From: Eledone cirrhosa
Lineage: Eukaryota
Assembly: GCA_964016885.1 (NCBI GenBank)
Contig: OZ024740.1
Coordinates: forward strand, 266,972,001 to 267,036,000
Reading direction: 5' to 3'
Length of the DNA stretch: 64,000 bases
In this document: positions 60,387 to 64,000 of the stretch, in pieces
Layout of the letters: the number at the start of each line of letters is the position of its first letter
Position numbering within the stretch: position 1 is the first letter of the stretch
Translations under genes and position numbers: made by a program
Notes under the pieces: generated by a model
Seen by the model: the letters and a program-made list of their open reading frames with translations, nothing else
What the model was told of the DNA's origin: nothing
The model's database searches: none

Positions 60387-61861
60387 TAGTTTCGCAATAT
60401 GATTTTTCTTTTCTCAGTTGTGTTTTATTTGTCAGCATCTCACATATTTCCTCTATCTATCTCTTCCATTATTTCTATATCCAGTGTTGTTTACTTTTAC
60501 AATGACGGAAAACTTTAGCCCTTCTTCCTTTTTTCAAATACTTTAAAAACAAAAGGAAGCTTCTTTAGATGTAAATGAAATATTATTGTTTTTTTAATTA
60601 AAATTTAATATTAAGTGTGATTATACCGAATATTGAACTCCCGACAATTTGACTAAGGTTCCAGTGAGTCTCAAACTCATGACCTTCTGTGTGCTAAGCA
60701 GACGGGATATCCACTACACTATGGGAGCAATTACGGTGCAGTTTATCGAATAATTTTCTTTTATAGATATCTTGTGAATTTGAATTTTTTTATCTTGACT
60801 AATATTTATATGTATAGTCTAGACTTAGAAAAGCTAGTAACCAAAGGGTTGCATCCTAACAAATATTGCCTCGCGATATATCAACGACTATCTATACGTT
60901 AGCGAATTTCTTCAACTTATTTTAACGACAAAGTATGATTTTTAAATTTGATTGTTATTTCTAGCAGTTCCAAAAACAGCGTAGAACCTCTTTGGCTGGC
61001 TAATCTTTTTATATTTGGAAGTCTTTAAATACGGAAACTCTATAGATAATGAACACAACCACAAGTATAGCGTCCGAACGTGGAAGAGCTGAACTCTCAC
61101 TGTCATCGCCTCCATCACTCTCGCTTTACCCATCTTTCTCTATGGAGAAAAAATGGGGTCCCGCGTGTTGGTTTCCCCACAGCCCCGGCGGGCAGAATGG
61201 AGAAGGCGTTTTCCCGGAGGTTAGTAAGGAATATGCACTGGATGAGCCATTCTAACTCCGAGGCCCAAACCTGCGTCTAGCCAGCTCAGCGCCAATTGTG
61301 GTGCGTAGAGAAGTAGCCCTAGGGCCAAGTACACCAGAAGTCTCTACTGCAGAGGGCACGACCGCAAACCTGTCGTAGAAGGATCGGTACTTGCCTTGTC
61401 AAACACGTTTACGTTTCTCCCAATTTAGTGAAAGTTGTACAAATTTAGAAGCTGTTGATTAACAATGTAAATACAACGTTATGAATAGTTACTAATATTT
61501 AGCATCTAGGTCAAGTACTTTTGTCAAACCCAGGTTAGCATAATTCCAACATTGGTAAAATATACAGTATTGGATATAGTAATAGACGGGAAGTTAGTCA
61601 GAAGAAATATTTGAGATTCTATCAAACACAACACAATATGAAATCGAAGGAAAAAAAGAAGCATATAAAGGTTCCAGCGAGTTCGAACTCACGACCTTCT
61701 GCGTGTAAAGCAGATGTGATAACCACTACACCATGGAACCAGATAATTACTTCGATCAAATATTGTCTTATCAAACACATTTTCATAGGTTTTAATTTAG
61801 TGAAATTGAAACAATTATAAATGTGCTTGATGAGGCAATATTTGCTGAACAGCAAACGTAT

Positions 61862-61934
61862 GGTTCCATGGTGTAGTGGTTATCACATCTGCTTCACACG
61901 CGGAATGTCGTGAGTTCGAAACTCGCTGGAACCT
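61862..61934 (+). tRNA. tRNA-Val(CAC)
   Basis: TCTGC-TTCACAC-GCGGA, stems intact. Confidence 0.68.
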
Positions 61935-62511
61935 TACTTTCGCTCTATTAGTTTTTTTATCAGTTGTGTTTTATTTGTCAGCATCTCACATATTTCCTTT
62001 ATCTATCTCTTCCATTATTTCTAATCCCACGAGGATGACTTTGCCTTTCAACCTTACCGGGTCGATAAAATAAAGTACAGGTAATGCACTGGGTAAAATT
62101 GTTGGCCTTGAGCCTAAAGTAGAAACAATTATTTCTATATCCAGTGTTGTTTACTTTTCCAATGATGGAAAACTTTAGCCATTCTTCCTTTTTTCAAATA
62201 CTTTAAAAACAAAAGGAAGCATCTTTAGATGTAAATGAAATATTTTTTTTATTTTTAAATTAAAATTTAATATTAAGTGTGATTATACCGAATATTGAAC
62301 TCCCGACAATTTGACTAAGGTTCCAGTGAGTCTCAAACTCACGATCTTCTGCGTGTAAAGCAGATGTGATAACCACTACACCATGGAACCAGACGATAGC
62401 TTCTATCAAATATTATATTATCAAACACACTTACATTTGTTTTAATTTAGTGAAATTGAAACAAATATAAATGTTCTTGATGAGGAAATATTTGGTCGAC
62501 AATTAATGTAC

Positions 62512-62584
62512 GGTTCCATGGTGTAGTGGTTATCACATCTGCTTAACACATAGAAGGTTGTGAGTTCGAAACTCGCTGGAACCT
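62512..62584 (+). pseudogene. tRNA-Val(AAC) pseudogene
   Basis: Anticodon stem 3' strand ATAGA (C31-A39 mismatch). Confidence 0.6.
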
Positions 62585-63855
62585 TAGTTTCTCTCTATTA
62601 TTTTTCTTTTCTCAGTTGTGTTTTATTTGTCAGCATCTCACATATTTCCACTATCTATCTCTTCCATTATTTCTATATCCAGTGTTGTTTACTTTTACAA
62701 TGACGGAAAACTTTAGCCCTTCTTCCTTTTTTCAAATACATTAAAAATAAAAGGAAGCATCTTTAGATGTAAATGAAATATTATTGTTTTTTTAATTAAA
62801 ATTTAATATTAAGTGTGATTATACCGAATATTGAACTCCCGACAATTTGACTAAGGTTCCAGTGAGTCTCAAACTCATGACCTTTTGTGTGCTAAGCAGA
62901 TGTGATAGCCACTACACTATGGGAGCAATTACTGTCCAGTTTATCGAATAATTTTCTTTTATAGATATCTTGTGAATTTGAATTTTTTTATCTTGACTAT
63001 TATTTATATGTATAGTCTAGACTTAGAAAAGCTAGTAACCAAAGGGTTGCATCCTAACAAATATTGCCTCGCCATATATCAACGACTATCTATACGTTAG
63101 CGAATTTCTTCAATTTTTTTTTAACGACAAAGTATGATTTTTAAATTTGATTGTTATTTCTAGCAGTTCCAAAAACAGCGTAGATCCTCTTTGGCTGGCT
63201 AATCTTTTCATATTTGGAACTGTTTAAATACGGAAACTCTATAGATAATGAGCACAACCACAAAGATATAGTCCCAACGTGGAAGAGCTGAACTCTCACT
63301 GTCATGGCCTCCATCACTCTCGCCCTCCCCATCTTTCTGTATGGTGAAAAAATGGGGTCCCACGTGTTGGTCTCCCCACAACCCCGGCTGACAGAATGGA
63401 GAAGGCGTTTTCCCGGAGGTTAGTAAGGAATATGCACTGGAAGAGCCATTCTAACTCCGAGGCCCAAACCTGCGTCTAGCCAGCTCAACGCGAATTGTGG
63501 TGCGTAGGGAAGTAGCCCTAGGGCCAAGTAAACCAGAAATCTCTACTGCAGAGGGCTCGACCGCAAACCTGTCGTAGAGCGATCGGTACTTGCCTTGTCA
63601 AACACGTTTACGTTTCTCCCAATTTAGTGAAAGTTGTACAAATTTAGAAGCTGTTGATTAACAATATAAATACAACGTTATGAATGGTTACTAATATTTA
63701 GCATCTACGTCAAGTACTTTTGTCAAACCCAGGTCAGCACAATTCCAACATTGGTAAAATATACAGTACTGGATATAGTAATCGACGGGAAGTTAGTCAG
63801 AAGAAATATCTGAGATTCTATCAAACACAACACAATATGAAATAGAAGCAGATAA

Positions 63856-63928
63856 AGGTTCCAGCGAGTTTCAAACTCACGACCTTCTGCGTGTAAAGCA
63901 GATGTGATAACCACTACACCATGGAACC
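63856..63928 (-). tRNA. tRNA-Val(TAC), C56T
   Basis: T loop TTTGAAA. Confidence 0.5.
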
Positions 63929-64000
63929 AGACGATTGCTTCGATCAAATATTGTATTTTCAAACACATTTTCATTGGTTTTAATTTAGTGAAATTGAAAC

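Larger units (their letters stand above)
36975..64000. repeat. Tandem tRNA-Val macrosatellite array, block 2 (16 units, ~56 tRNA-like sequences; runs off the window)
   Basis: Same unit as block 1. Confidence 0.95.

Noticed and set aside
3168-63974. Dozens of 60-105 aa ORFs (WFHGVVVITSA..., MGKARVMEAMTV...) recurring in the ORF track
   Set aside because: They are translations of tRNA genes and repeat-unit DNA; frames and stops vary between units with no codon-level conservation.
2919-64000. CRISPR-like array
   Set aside because: Repeats are kb-scale with homologous spacers, there are no cas genes, and the context is eukaryotic.

Overview
Eukaryotic (animal, possibly octopus/cephalopod) repetitive DNA with no credible host protein-coding gene. 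About 57 kb is a tandem array of ~33 units (about 1.55 kb, with ~2.2 kb variants). Each unit is built on a >=516-bp imperfect palindrome holding a divergent pair of tRNA-Val genes (minus-strand TAC, plus-strand AAC or CAC, same body). Each unit also has a third, degenerate tRNA with an AGC anticodon, a decayed 3' fragment of a CRE-type non-LTR retrotransposon, and in some units a 104-bp SINE fragment. By hand I count about 118 tRNA-like sequences, many with lesions. One unit is interrupted by a decayed 4,225-bp Gypsy-type LTR retrotransposon (32750-36974, minus strand, GTCTC target-site duplication). The element also appears at 1-2918 because of a recent ~28-kb tandem duplication, with nested 6,043-bp and 2,199-bp duplications. 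The element has a clear G_GGA_AAC plus pseudoknot -1 frameshift signal. The most striking observation is its primer-binding site: it is not complementary to a tRNA 3'-CCA end but exactly to nucleotides 1-12 (the 5' end) of metazoan tRNA-Phe, and it sits in the loop of a 16-bp U5-leader stem. This suggests an unusual priming mechanism using a 5' tRNA fragment. All coordinates and counts are from manual reading.
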